Of a DNA stretch of 64,000 nucleotides, positions 37,828-48,196 are shown one piece after another. The notes under the pieces were generated by a model that was given only the letters and a program-made list of their open reading frames with translations, had not been told where the DNA came from and did not search any database. A program made the position numbers and the translations under genes. The number at the start of each line of letters is the position of its first letter. The first letter of the stretch is position 1. The stretch comes from Acidimicrobiaceae bacterium (GTDB lineage: Bacteria; Actinomycetota; Acidimicrobiia; Acidimicrobiales; Aldehydirespiratoraceae). Location: positions 23,086-87,085 of the forward strand of contig JAERSO010000102.1 in NCBI GenBank assembly GCA_016845585.1, written 5' to 3'.

Positions 37828-39864
37828 TCAGAGCGATTGGCAGAGGCGACGCGCTTCGAAGATCGATGCGGCGATGCCGCGGCTGGCCACGGCGTCCCCG
37901 ACTCGGTACAGCGCACAGCCGTCACCGCGCTCGGGTTGCTGCTCGCCGGCGACCAGGGCGTGGATGTCGAGGACACCATCGTTTGCCGACGAATCCCGCA
38001 GCGTGAGATAGAGGTCATCGTCGGGTATGACGCCGTGCTCGGTCACCACGGAATCGACGAGGCGTTCCGTCTCGAGGCGGGTGAACACGTTTCGTAGCAC
38101 CGCGCAGAGTCGGCCCCCGGACCGCTCGACGCGGACCAGGGAGTGGTCGGGGGTCATCCGGACATCGTTCTCGTAGAGCATGCGCAGATAGGCGGGGCCC
38201 GTGGTGGCGGCCAGATCCTGAGCCACGAGACGGTCCGGCGTGACGAGTTCGATCGGCCCGACGTCACGATCCGCCAGGTACTCCACCACGGATGGGGCGT
38301 GTTCGCGCCCGTTGTCGTCATACACCAACACATCGCCACTGATCGCCACGTGACCACCGAGAACGTCCCAGGACGTGTGAACGAGCTCCGCTCCCCCGTC
38401 CAGGAAACTCGTGTCCGGCCATCCGCCGGTCGCCACGATCACGACATCGGGCGCCTCGGCCGCAACCTCGACCGCGTCGACGGGCGAGTTCAACCGCACA
38501 TCCACACCGAGATGGCCGAGTTCCTCCCCCAACCATCCCACGATGCCGAGCAACTCGGCCTGACGCTCGCTCGCCCGGGCGGCGAGCACGACCTGACCAC
38601 CGACACGATCCTGCGCCTCGAACAGCACGACGCGATGGCCCCGCTCGGCGAGAACCCGAGCCGACTCGAGCCCGGCGGGGCCCGCCCCGATGACCACCAC
38701 CTTCTTGCCCGGCGCCGCCGAGACCGGCACCAGCTGCGGAATGTGTGTCTCGCGCCCGGTCGCAGGATTCTGGATACACACCGAATCCAGGCCCTGGTGG
38801 AGACGATTGATGCACTCCGAGGCACCGACGCACACGCGGACCCGTTCGGCTTCGCCGCGTTCGAGCTTGGCGACGATGTGCGGATCGGCGATGTGGGCCC
38901 GGGTCATCCCCGCCAGGTCGATCAATCCGGAGCTGATGGCGTGCCGGGCCGATGCGAGATCGGTGATGCGAGCCGCGTGGAGCACGGGCAGATCGATCAA
39001 TCGTTTGATGGAAGCGGCCAGCGGCACATACGGCATCAGCGGGGTGCCCGACGGCGGGATGGCCCTGGACAGGCCCTCCTCGGTCGCCAGCGACGATCCC
39101 GCGACATTGACGAAGTCCAGCAGGCCCGACGCGGCCAACCGCAGCGCGATGTCGGCGCTCTCGGCAGTGCTGAGCCCGCCGATCTGATCCTCGTCACCGA
39201 TCATGCGGATTCCGACGAGCAGATCGGTGCCCGTGGCCTCACGAATCGACTGCAGCACCTCGATGGTGAAACGCAGTCTGTTCTCGATCGAGCCGCCGTA
39301 CTCGTCGGTTCGACGGTTCGACAAGGGCGTCCAGAACTGGTCGATCAGGTGGCTGGTGGCACACAGTTCGATGCCGTCGAGTCCTCCGGCCCGCCCCCGA
39401 ACCGCCGCCGCGCCGAAGTCGTCGACGACGCGACGGATGTCGGACTTCTCCATCTCCTTGGGCCAACCGCGGTGCATCGGCTCGCGGATTGGTGACGGCG
39501 CGATCGTCGGCAACCAGTCACCATCGTTGGAGACATTCCGCCGGCCCATGTGGGTGACCTGGCACATCACGGCGGCACCATGCCGATGGATCCGATCGGT
39601 CATCTCGGACAGCGGGTCGATGATCGCGTCGGAACCGAAGTACATCTGACCCCACAGCGATGCCGAGTCAGGCGAGACATTGCTCGACCCGCCGATCATG
39701 GTGAGCCCGATGCCGCCCTTGGCCTTCTCCTCGTGGTACGCGATGTAGCGCTCATTGGGGGTGCCGTCGGTGTTGTAGCCGGGCGCATGGCTGCTCGAGA
39801 AGATGCGGTTCCTGAGCGTCAACTGCCCGATGGTGAAGGGCTCGAGAAGCGGATCGGTGCTCAT
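37828..39864 (-). CDS. stcD: OYE-family NADH:flavin oxidoreductase, N-methylproline demethylase (StcD/HpbA)-like
   Basis: MSTDPLLEPF..LRNRI..SH, YHEEKAKGG, HLIDQF, CVGASECI (Fe-S), CIQNPATGRE, IGAGPAGLE, RVGDAVASR. Confidence 0.72.
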   Translation of the reverse strand: MSTDPLLEPFTIGQLTLRNRIFSSSHAPGYNTDGTPNERYIAYHEEKAKGGIGLTMIGGSSNVSPDSASLWGQMYFGSDAIIDPLSEMTDRIHRHGAAVMCQVTHMGRRNVSNDGDWLPTIAPSPIREPMHRGWPKEMEKSDIRRVVDDFGAAAVRGRAGGLDGIELCATSHLIDQFWTPLSNRRTDEYGGSIENRLRFTIEVLQSIREATGTDLLVGIRMIGDEDQIGGLSTAESADIALRLAASGLLDFVNVAGSSLATEEGLSRAIPPSGTPLMPYVPLAASIKRLIDLPVLHAARITDLASARHAISSGLIDLAGMTRAHIADPHIVAKLERGEAERVRVCVGASECINRLHQGLDSVCIQNPATGRETHIPQLVPVSAAPGKKVVVIGAGPAGLESARVLAERGHRVVLFEAQDRVGGQVVLAARASERQAELLGIVGWLGEELGHLGVDVRLNSPVDAVEVAAEAPDVVIVATGGWPDTSFLDGGAELVHTSWDVLGGHVAISGDVLVYDDNGREHAPSVVEYLADRDVGPIELVTPDRLVAQDLAATTGPAYLRMLYENDVRMTPDHSLVRVERSGGRLCAVLRNVFTRLETERLVDSVVTEHGVIPDDDLYLTLRDSSANDGVLDIHALVAGEQQPERGDGCALYRVGDAVASRGIAASIFEARRLCQSL

Positions 39865-41372
39865 CTCTGAACGTCCTTGGGGATCTCGGTCATGCGGCGG
39901 GAAACATAGTCGAGCAGCTCCTCCTCGACCGCAGTGTCGATCGGTGGTTTCTCGTACTCGCCCAGGAGCGCGTCGACACGTTCGAATCCGATCCGCTCGG
40001 TGTCCTTCGAACCCGCCTCCTCCCACTGTTCAAAGCTGGTCTGATCCATCACCTCGGGCATGTGGAAGGCCATCGTGTAGTTGGCGACCGTGTGGGCGGC
40101 CCCGAGATAGTGACCCTGGGGCCCGACCTCGCGAACCGCAGCCATGGCATCGGCGAAGTCGTCGAGCCTGGGCCCCTGTGCATAACGGATCCATCCTGCT
40201 GCGATGTCACTGTCGGTCACGTACTTGGCCAGGTTGGCCGTCAACCCGTGTTCCATCCATCCGCCGCAGTGCGTGATCAGGTTGATCCCGCCCAGAATCG
40301 ACGCATGCATGTTCATGTTGGCTTCGTACCCGGCCTGGGCGTCGAGCTTCTTCGAACCGGTGTGCATCCCCACGCTGCGGACCGGGAGCCCATAGAAGCG
40401 GGCGAGCTGCCCCGCCATGAGCAACATGTGAGCGAGGTCGGGCGTACCGGTCATCGGCGAACCCGTGCGCATGTCGACGATCATCAGGAACATGCCGTAG
40501 ATCGTCGGTGAGCCAGGGTTGATCGCCTGTGTGAACGCGCAACCGGCGAGAGCCTCCGCGTTGAGTTGGGCGATGCCCCCGACCGTGCTGGCCGGCGTGT
40601 TCGCTCCCGCGAGCGCAAACGGCGAGTAGTAGACGGGTTGCCCCGCCCGGGCGTAGACCATCGCCGCACCGAGCATCGACTCGTCCCACACGAGCGGCGA
40701 GTTGCCGTTCATGAAGCCGGTGATGACCGCGTTGTTCGCGACCGACTCCGAACCATGCACGATCCTCGCCATCGCAAGCGTGTCCTCGGCCTGCTCGGCG
40801 CCCTGGCAGGAGCCGATGCTTATCTTGTCGGTGAACCGCATCGAATCGGCGTAGTACGCCAGGTGACGATGCGGGATGTCGACGTCTGTCGCCTCGCAGT
40901 GGAAGCCACCGGCGATGTTGATCGTCGCGAGTTGGTGGCTGAGCTTGATGCAGGTGATGTTGTCGCCACGGGTGGCATAGCGCCTCGACCCGTCGCGGTC
41001 GAGGAAGAACGGGGCTCCCGAGACGGGCGACATGGCCAGGTTCCGCCCGCCGATCTCGACCGACTGCGCCGAATTCCGGGCGTGCAGGGTGAACTGTGAG
41101 GGCGCACGGGATATCAGGTCCATCAGCAACTCGCGGCCGATCCGCACACGACTGTCGTCGACCTCGGCTCCCGCTTCGCGCCACACGTCGAGAGCGGGGC
41201 CGTAGCGGAACTCGATGCCGACCTCCTCCAGGATTCGCATGGAGCCGTCGTGAACCATCTCGACGGTCTCTCGAGGGAGCAACTCGTAGAGGGGGATCTT
41301 CCGCTCCAGCGAGATCGGCACCGTCGCGGAATCAGCAGAGCGGTCTCGGCGCCGCCGCACCCGCGAACTCAT
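39861..41372 (-). CDS. Trimethylamine methyltransferase (MttB) superfamily, non-pyrrolysine
   Basis: SMRILEEVGIEF, NGNSPLVWD, NAEALAG, VDMRTGSP, SKKLDAQAGYE, HCGGWME, EVGPQGHYLG; no in-frame TAG. Confidence 0.9.
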   Translation of the reverse strand: MSSRVRRRRDRSADSATVPISLERKIPLYELLPRETVEMVHDGSMRILEEVGIEFRYGPALDVWREAGAEVDDSRVRIGRELLMDLISRAPSQFTLHARNSAQSVEIGGRNLAMSPVSGAPFFLDRDGSRRYATRGDNITCIKLSHQLATINIAGGFHCEATDVDIPHRHLAYYADSMRFTDKISIGSCQGAEQAEDTLAMARIVHGSESVANNAVITGFMNGNSPLVWDESMLGAAMVYARAGQPVYYSPFALAGANTPASTVGGIAQLNAEALAGCAFTQAINPGSPTIYGMFLMIVDMRTGSPMTGTPDLAHMLLMAGQLARFYGLPVRSVGMHTGSKKLDAQAGYEANMNMHASILGGINLITHCGGWMEHGLTANLAKYVTDSDIAAGWIRYAQGPRLDDFADAMAAVREVGPQGHYLGAAHTVANYTMAFHMPEVMDQTSFEQWEEAGSKDTERIGFERVDALLGEYEKPPIDTAVEEELLDYVSRRMTEIPKDVQR

Positions 41373-42904
41373 CAGTCTTCCTTCTCACGCAGGCTGAATC
41401 CGTAGGCCCAGTCGTTGTAGGTCTCATCGTCGCGGAGCACACGTCCACCGGCTTGGTCCGGCGGCACATGGCTCCAGTCGGGTGATCCCGTCGCCGCGGC
41501 GACGGATCGGAGAAACCTTCGCCGGCGCTGGCTGGCCGCGACCTGCTCATGGAGGGCTTCGATGTCCCATCGGCGCACCGCCGCGGCGCGGAGATCGGCG
41601 ACTGACGCTGCGTACTCCGGTGAGTCGGCGACGTTTCGCATCTCGAACGGATCCTCGTCGAGATCGAACAACTGTTCGGGGTCACAGCCGCTGGTGATGA
41701 ACTTCAGCGACCCGCGCTTGACCATGAGGATCGGTGCGGTCGCTCCTTCGGCCAGGTTCTCCCCGTACACCGTGTCGTCCAGGGACGGATCCTCGCCGGT
41801 CTCCAGGAGCGGAACGAGATTGCGGCCATCGAGTGGGTCGGCTGCCTCCGCCAGGTGGGCATCGCCTGCGAGACCACAGAACGTCGGAACCAGATCCACG
41901 AGTGAAACATTGTCGGACACTCGTTTCGGGTCGAACCGTTCCGGCCACGACACCATGAGCGGAATCCGCGAAGCCCCCTCGAAGAACGTCTTCTTGTACC
42001 AGAGGCCGCGCTCTCCCATCATGTCGCCGTGGTCGGTGGTGAAGACGATCACGGTGTTCTCCGCCAGGCCCGTCTCACGAAGCGTCGCCAGCAGATCACC
42101 GACGAGATCGTCGATGTAGGAGATCGAGCCGTAGTACCCATGACGAGCCCGTCGAATCTGCGCCTCGCTCGGCGCGAAGTCCGAAAGGCCGTACTGCGTA
42201 CGGAGCCGGAGGCTGTACGGGTCGCATTCGGCCTCATCGATTCTCCCCACGATAGGAAGGTCGATCGCGTCGGCGTCGTAGAGGTCCCAGTGTTCAGGAC
42301 GGCATTGGTAGGGGTCGTGCGGATGGGTGAACGAGGCCGTGACCAGCCATGGCCGGTCATCGTCGATCGAGCCCCGGGCGAGGTCGTAGAGCTTCCTCTT
42401 CGACCGGTGGGCCACTTCGTCGTCATAGTCCATCTGCACGGTCCGGAGCAGTGGCCCGGCGAGTTCGAACGATCGGGCATCATTGCTGTGCTCTTCGCGG
42501 ACCTGGGTCCAGTCACCGGTCCAGCCGAAGCTCGACGGGTAGATGTCCGTCGTCAGCCGCTCATCGAAGCCGTGCAGCTGGTCGGCGCCGACGAAGTGCA
42601 TCTTGCCGACCAGGGCCGTGTGATATCCGGCGGCACGTAGATAGTGAGCGAAGGTCGGCGTCGAGCTGACGAACTCGGCACCATTGTCGAACGCGCCGAT
42701 CTCCGAAGCCAACCGGCCCGAGAGCATGGAGAATCGCGACGGCGCACACAATGCGAAGTTCGTGTAGGCCGCATCGAAGATCACCGATCTCCCGGCCAGC
42801 GCATCGAGATGGGGCGTTTTGGCCACATGGTTCCCGTAGGCGGGCAGGAATGACGCGGCAAGCTGATCGACCTGGATCAGCAAGATGTTCGGCGAGCGGG
42901 TCAT
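41372..42904 (-). CDS. betC: Choline-sulfatase
   Basis: PNILLIQVDQL, LCAPSR (formylglycine motif), GKMHFVGADQLHGFDERLTTDIYP, SFTHPHDPY, DHGDMMGERGLWYK, SQRRR. Confidence 0.9.
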   Translation of the reverse strand: MTRSPNILLIQVDQLAASFLPAYGNHVAKTPHLDALAGRSVIFDAAYTNFALCAPSRFSMLSGRLASEIGAFDNGAEFVSSTPTFAHYLRAAGYHTALVGKMHFVGADQLHGFDERLTTDIYPSSFGWTGDWTQVREEHSNDARSFELAGPLLRTVQMDYDDEVAHRSKRKLYDLARGSIDDDRPWLVTASFTHPHDPYQCRPEHWDLYDADAIDLPIVGRIDEAECDPYSLRLRTQYGLSDFAPSEAQIRRARHGYYGSISYIDDLVGDLLATLRETGLAENTVIVFTTDHGDMMGERGLWYKKTFFEGASRIPLMVSWPERFDPKRVSDNVSLVDLVPTFCGLAGDAHLAEAADPLDGRNLVPLLETGEDPSLDDTVYGENLAEGATAPILMVKRGSLKFITSGCDPEQLFDLDEDPFEMRNVADSPEYAASVADLRAAAVRRWDIEALHEQVAASQRRRRFLRSVAAATGSPDWSHVPPDQAGGRVLRDDETYNDWAYGFSLREKED

Positions 42905-42922
42905 GTGAGAGAGTAGATCACC

Positions 42923-43261
42923 ATGTTCGAGATCCGGAACTACCACTTCGACCCAGAACTGTTCGATCAGTACAAGGCCTGGGCCACCACCAGCGCCCTG
43001 CCCTACATCCGATCCCAGGTCGACCTCGTCGGTTTCTGGACGTCGCTCGACGAACCGGCACAGGTCGGTGGTGAGCCACTCGATGATCTCGGCTCGGCCA
43101 ACGTCACGTGGATCATTCGATGGCCCGATCAGCCCACACGCGAAGCCGAGTTCAAACGAGTCTTCACCTCACCCGAGTGGGCCGAGATCTTCAAGGACGT
43201 ACCCGGTGGCGCCCGCAGCTATCGACGAGCGGAAGCGAAGTTCGCCGAACAGTTGGCCTAG
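42923..43261 (+). CDS. NIPSNAP-family protein
   Basis: MFEIRNYH..., LVGFW, VTWIIRW...REA pattern. Confidence 0.7.
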   Translation: MFEIRNYHFDPELFDQYKAWATTSALPYIRSQVDLVGFWTSLDEPAQVGGEPLDDLGSANVTWIIRWPDQPTREAEFKRVFTSPEWAEIFKDVPGGARSYRRAEAKFAEQLA

Positions 43262-43318
43262 CCGACGCACCCGTCGTGCCGGCGACGTCAACTGACCTGT
43301 CGTTCTGCCGACAGGCTC

Positions 43319-44832
43319 ATGATGACATGGACGCGCTCCGCCGTTGTGATGACCCTGTGGGTCGGCGGCTCGTCCTTCGCGCCCGCTTCTGCGCAGGGAA
43401 CGGATCCCAGCGGGGCAGCCGACCACCTCGACCTCTTTGACCAGGCACTCGCCGCACTCGCGGACGAGATCAGCCATATCGTCGCCCTTGACCGCGTGGA
43501 AGGACCGCTGCCTCCCGAGTTCGCTGAGCTCCCCGATCTCGACAGTCTCGGCACCTTCTCGGCGGGAGAGCCCCAGATGCAACTCGAGCTCATCGACAAT
43601 GAGGACGGCCCCGGAGCGCTCGCAGAACTCCATCACAACGACCTGGCGGTCAGCCACGCAGCGGAGGACACTCTCTGCACCAATTGTCTCCCGCTGGGAT
43701 CCCGTCGATCCCACGGCCTATGTCATCGCCTACAACGATCTCCTCGCCGCATGGTGGCGTGCCGGAGTGGCACAGATCGGACTGGACCACACACCGATCC
43801 CGGCGTGGGAACCGGCGGGGACCCCGAACCGGACCCCGAGCCGGCGACTGCGCCCCAGAACGAGGCCGTCGCCGAGGATCCCGCCGACCCTTCCGGACGA
43901 GGCGCCGCCGACAGACCACTGGCTCTGGCGATCGGCACGCGCGGAAGCCGGAGGATGTACTCGAGGCAGGCCGACGGTTGCTCAGCGCGTCCTCCGTCGA
44001 TGAACTCGGCCGGCGGGTGGCCGAAGAGGCGCAGCGCCTTTGTGCCCCACCCGGCGCGGTCTTCGCCACCAACCACGGTTCCTGGACGGCGGGCGACGAA
44101 CCGACACTTCCCCGTGACCTCGTTCACCAGGTCGGCTCCGTCGGCCGGACCGCAGCGCGAGATGGTGCTGTCGTGGTGCCGGTCCTGGCCAACGGCCGGG
44201 TGGTCGGCATCATCGGTGTCTCGGAACCGCGGAACGGGGCGGACCCGGCCGAGCAACTCGCACCGCTGGTCGGCGAGGGGTTGGCCAACGCCGCGGAGAA
44301 GTCGGCAACGGAGCAGCTCGCCTTCGTCGATGGGCTCACGTCGGGGCCCAATCGCCGCCGTTTCGATCTCGACCTCGCCCACCGGTCCCAGGAAGCCGCG
44401 AGCGAGGAGCGACCGGTCGCCGTCGCCATGATCGACATCGACCACTTCAAGACCTACAACGACTCGAACGGGCACCAGCGAGGCGACGAAGCGCTCCGCA
44501 TCGTCGCCCAGCTGATCTCCGAGAACATCCGATCAGAGGACGCCGTCTACCGCTACGGCGGTGAAGAGTTCGCGGTCCTTCTCCCGGGTGCTGATCTGGA
44601 GACGGCGCGAGACGTCGTCGAACGCGTCCGCCAGGTCGTGGCCGGCCACGCCTTCGCGGGCGGACCGCAGCAACCGGGTGGTCGTGTGACGATCTCCGCC
44701 GGGGTCGCGGCGGCACCGCCGCCCGATGGCACGGCAATGCTCCAGGCAGCTGACGAGGCGCTCTATCGATCCAAAGCGGGCGGTCGCAACCGCATCAGCC
44801 TCGCGCCACCGGCCACGGCTGACCGCCGCTAG
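43319..44832 (+). pseudogene. Diguanylate cyclase (GGDEF) with a fragmented N-terminal region
   Basis: C-terminal frame has DGLT..NRR, MIDIDHFK, NDSNGHQRGD, RSED I-site and RYGGEEF; the signal-peptide-like N-terminus (43319) and linker are spread over three frames. Confidence 0.65.
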
Positions 44833-44889
44833 GACCAAGCGGTCCGGATCGGTGCGTGACGGGTCGAGCCGACGAGCTAGCGTGCCTTC

Positions 44890-45876
44890 GTGGAGATCGA
44901 ACCGGCGTACACCGAGGTTCCCCGTCTTGCGGCTGGGTCAGACGAGAGCATCGACCATCTGGAGTCCGAGGGGTTCGTGGTCATCGCCGACGCGCTGTCG
45001 CCCGAGCAGACCACCCGGGCGCTCGATCTGACATGGGACTATCTGGAGGCGCTCGGCACCGGGATCGACCGCGCCGACCCGATGACGTGGGGCGATGACC
45101 GTTGGCCGGTCGCCGTTCACGGCGGCATCATTCCCAGCCAGGGAATCGGCCACTGCGCGGCGCAGTGGTTCATCCGTTCTGCGCCGGCAGTGAAGCGGGC
45201 CTTCGCCGCGATCTGGGAGGACGATGATCTGCTGGTCAGCTTCGACGGGATGGCGCTCTGGCGCCCGACCGCCGTGAATCCCGACTGGCAGACGAATCGC
45301 GGGGGCTCGTGGCTCCACATCGACCAGCACCCGATCGGGCGGCCGGGCTTCCACTGCGTCCAGGGCCTCGTGTCGTTGCTGCCCACATCGCCGGCGACCG
45401 GGGGCAACGTCCTGATCCCCGGCTCGCACCGACTCTTCGACTCCATTCCCGACCGCTACGAAGCGCGCCTCGCCCGGATCGATCCGACCATCGACCACTT
45501 CCGCTACCCGGCCGATGACCCGCAGCTGCTCTCGACCCCTCCGATCATGCCGCACCTCGAAGCCGGCGACCTGCTGCTGTGGGACTCACGCACCGTGCAC
45601 TGCTCGAGCCCGGCCCTGGCACCGGACCCGGATCATCGAGACCTCCTACGCGCCGCCAGCCTGGTGTGCATGATGCCCGCCGCGCGATCGAACCCGTCGG
45701 TCATCGCTCGCCGCCGCGCCGCAGTGGCCGACCTCACGTCGACCACCAACTGGAGCGACCGATTCATCGACGCGGACCGGTTCCCCCAGGTTCTCGCCGA
45801 ATCAGGGCGGACATTCGTTCTGCCCCCGGTGCCGGCGCTGACCCCGGCGCAGCAAGCTCTGGTCGGCGGGCGGTAG
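44890..45876 (+). CDS. PhyH-like Fe(II)/2OG dioxygenase
   Basis: DLLVSFDG, WLHIDQ, CVQGLV, PGSH, GDLLLWDSRTVHC. Confidence 0.82.
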   Translation: MEIEPAYTEVPRLAAGSDESIDHLESEGFVVIADALSPEQTTRALDLTWDYLEALGTGIDRADPMTWGDDRWPVAVHGGIIPSQGIGHCAAQWFIRSAPAVKRAFAAIWEDDDLLVSFDGMALWRPTAVNPDWQTNRGGSWLHIDQHPIGRPGFHCVQGLVSLLPTSPATGGNVLIPGSHRLFDSIPDRYEARLARIDPTIDHFRYPADDPQLLSTPPIMPHLEAGDLLLWDSRTVHCSSPALAPDPDHRDLLRAASLVCMMPAARSNPSVIARRRAAVADLTSTTNWSDRFIDADRFPQVLAESGRTFVLPPVPALTPAQQALVGGR

Positions 45877-45895
45877 AAGACCGGGCCGGCAACCT

Positions 45896-47056
45896 TCAGC
45901 CGGCCGCGGCCAAACGCTTGTTGGGATCGTAGAAAGGCTTCGGTGACACCGTGCCGGTCCGGATCCCTTCGGGCAGCTCCACATGGACGGCAGTACCGAG
46001 TGGGCTCGACCGGGTTTCGACGATCGCCAGAGCGATGTTCTGCTCCAGTCGCGGCGAGTAGACGGCCGAGGTGACGTGGCCGACGGGCCCCCCGTCGTGG
46101 CTCACGGTCCACTTCTCCGGATTCGACCCGACCAGTGGGGGTCCATCGAGGACGAGACCGACGAATCGCCGGTCGACGCCGTCCGCCTGAATCCGACGAA
46201 GCGCGGCCTTCCCCACGAAGTCGGAGTCGAGGTCGAGATCGATCAGCCGATCCATTCCCAGCTCGAACGGGTTGACGGAGAGGTCCATATCGGCTTGATA
46301 GGACAGCATCGCACCCTCGATTCGCCGGATGCTCGATGTGTGCCCAGGGTGAAGTCCCATCGGCTGCCCGACCTCCATCAGTCGCTCCCAGAGCCGGTCG
46401 CCGGCCGAGCCATCGCGGAGGAAGATCTCGTAGCCCAGCTCGCTCGACCAGCCGGTGCGGGAGATGACGAGCGGCACTCCATCCCACTCGTGTTCGACGA
46501 ACCGGTAGTAGCGCAGATCGCGGAGGTGTTCGCCGAACGTCGCGCGCAGGATGTCACGCGACTTCGGACCCTGGAGCTGCAACGGCGCGACGTCGGGCTC
46601 TCGGATGGTCACCTCCATGCCGGAGTTCACGGCCAGGCCCTTCGCCCAGAGGATCACGTCGCTGTCCGCGATCGGCAGCCAGAAGTGATCCTCGGCGAGC
46701 TTCAGCAGGATCGGATCATTGATCACGCCGCCCTGGTCATCGACGAGGATCACGTACTTGCACTGGCCGACCTCGCAGGTGGACAGGTCGCGGGGGCACA
46801 GGAGTTGCGTGAAGCGAGCGGCATCGGGACCCGTGATCTCGACCTGGCGCTCGACGGCGACATCACACAGGATCGCCTCGTTGACCAGGTTCCAGAAGTT
46901 CTGGGTCTGGTCGCCGAAGTCGCGGGGAATGTACATGTGGTTGTAGACCGAGAGACCGGTCGCACCCCAACGCAGCGCTGCATCCGTGTAGGGCGACTTT
47001 CGAACCTGTGTACCGAAGCTCAGCGAGCTGAAGTCCTGGCGCGTTGGCGCTTCCAC
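45896..47056 (-). CDS. GcvT-family aminomethyltransferase, DmdA-related
   Basis: RKSPY, VYNHM, DVAVERQVEITGPDA, INDP, LQLQGP, SRTGWSSELGYE, RRIEG, PFYDP. Confidence 0.85.
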   Translation of the reverse strand: MEAPTRQDFSSLSFGTQVRKSPYTDAALRWGATGLSVYNHMYIPRDFGDQTQNFWNLVNEAILCDVAVERQVEITGPDAARFTQLLCPRDLSTCEVGQCKYVILVDDQGGVINDPILLKLAEDHFWLPIADSDVILWAKGLAVNSGMEVTIREPDVAPLQLQGPKSRDILRATFGEHLRDLRYYRFVEHEWDGVPLVISRTGWSSELGYEIFLRDGSAGDRLWERLMEVGQPMGLHPGHTSSIRRIEGAMLSYQADMDLSVNPFELGMDRLIDLDLDSDFVGKAALRRIQADGVDRRFVGLVLDGPPLVGSNPEKWTVSHDGGPVGHVTSAVYSPRLEQNIALAIVETRSSPLGTAVHVELPEGIRTGTVSPKPFYDPNKRLAAAG

Positions 47057-47113
47057 GTTCCCCCCGAGGATTGCCTCCGCTTAGCCTACGGCTAATACCG
47101 GTCCGATCGAACG

Positions 47114-48196
47114 TCAGATCTCAAAGACCGGCGCGGGCTGACGGATCCGCCCGACCTCGGGATGATCGACCTCTCGGATGCTCTGCGTTGCCAGGACCTG
47201 CGGGTGATCGTGCAGCGTTGCCCGGGATTCCACTCGAGACGCCGGCACGTCGTGAGCCCAGAGCGTCGAAAGCAACCCATCGAGATCGTCATGGGCACGT
47301 ACGGCCTCATCGACCATCTCCAGCAACTCAGCACGCCCCTTTCGGCGCGCCTGCTCGTCGGCATAGGTCGGGTCGGCGAGCAGGTACTCGAGCCCCAGGG
47401 CGGTCAACGCGCCGACCATCTCACTGTCGGTCACGACGCTGTACGCCAGGTGGCCGTCGCCGGCGGTGCTCAGGAAATAAAGGCCCGAGTAGTCGGGCCG
47501 TGCAACCACGCCGTCCTCCTCCACGAATGTGTGGTTGTACATCCCGTCGGGCCAGTTGAAGTGGACGCCACAGTCGAACATGTTGAGGTCGACGTGTTTT
47601 CCGACACTCGTCCCGCTGGTCAGGCGCTGCTGCGCCCGATCGAGAAGGGCTCCGAGTGCCGCCTGCACGGCATAGAGCGACGTGACCTTGTCGACGATGA
47701 TCCCCTGGAAGAGCTGGGGACCACCGGTCAACGAGTCGACCTGGGTGTCACAGATTCCCGAGGCAGCCTGGATGATCGGGTCGTACACACGAAAGCCCGA
47801 CATCGGACCCTCCGGGCCGAATCCCGAAATCGAGAGACAGATCAGCTCGGGATTGCGCTCGTGAAGCGCCTCCCAACCGAGGCCCATTCGATCCATGGTT
47901 CCCGGACGGAAGTTCTGCACCACCATGTCGGCGCCGTCGATGAGGGCGAGGAGCTCCGCCAACCCGGCCTCGGACTTCGCGTCGATCGTCACCACCTCCT
48001 TGCCGATGTTGCAGGTCGTGTACATGGCCGAGATGCCGTTGCGCATGGTGCCGATGAACCGAGCGATGTCGCCCAGCCCGGGGGCTTCGACCTTGATCAC
48101 GCGTGCGCCCTGATCGCTGAGCATCTGTGCCGCGAACGGACCCGACACGACCGTCGAGAGATCGACGATGACGACGCCTTCGAGAAGTTGTCCCAT
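47114..48196 (-). CDS. CaiB/BaiF CoA-transferase (paralog of 17173-18384)
   Basis: LEGVVIVDLS, GPFAAQMLSDQGARVIKVE, QNFRPG, YDPIIQA. Confidence 0.88.
   Translation of the reverse strand: MGQLLEGVVIVDLSTVVSGPFAAQMLSDQGARVIKVEAPGLGDIARFIGTMRNGISAMYTTCNIGKEVVTIDAKSEAGLAELLALIDGADMVVQNFRPGTMDRMGLGWEALHERNPELICLSISGFGPEGPMSGFRVYDPIIQAASGICDTQVDSLTGGPQLFQGIIVDKVTSLYAVQAALGALLDRAQQRLTSGTSVGKHVDLNMFDCGVHFNWPDGMYNHTFVEEDGVVARPDYSGLYFLSTAGDGHLAYSVVTDSEMVGALTALGLEYLLADPTYADEQARRKGRAELLEMVDEAVRAHDDLDGLLSTLWAHDVPASRVESRATLHDHPQVLATQSIREVDHPEVGRIRQPAPVFEI

Noticed and set aside
39861-41372. Pyrrolysine use suggested by MttB plus the pcm amber codon
   Set aside because: The MttB gene has no in-frame TAG, no pyl genes are present, and the pcm TAG sits at a conserved Gln
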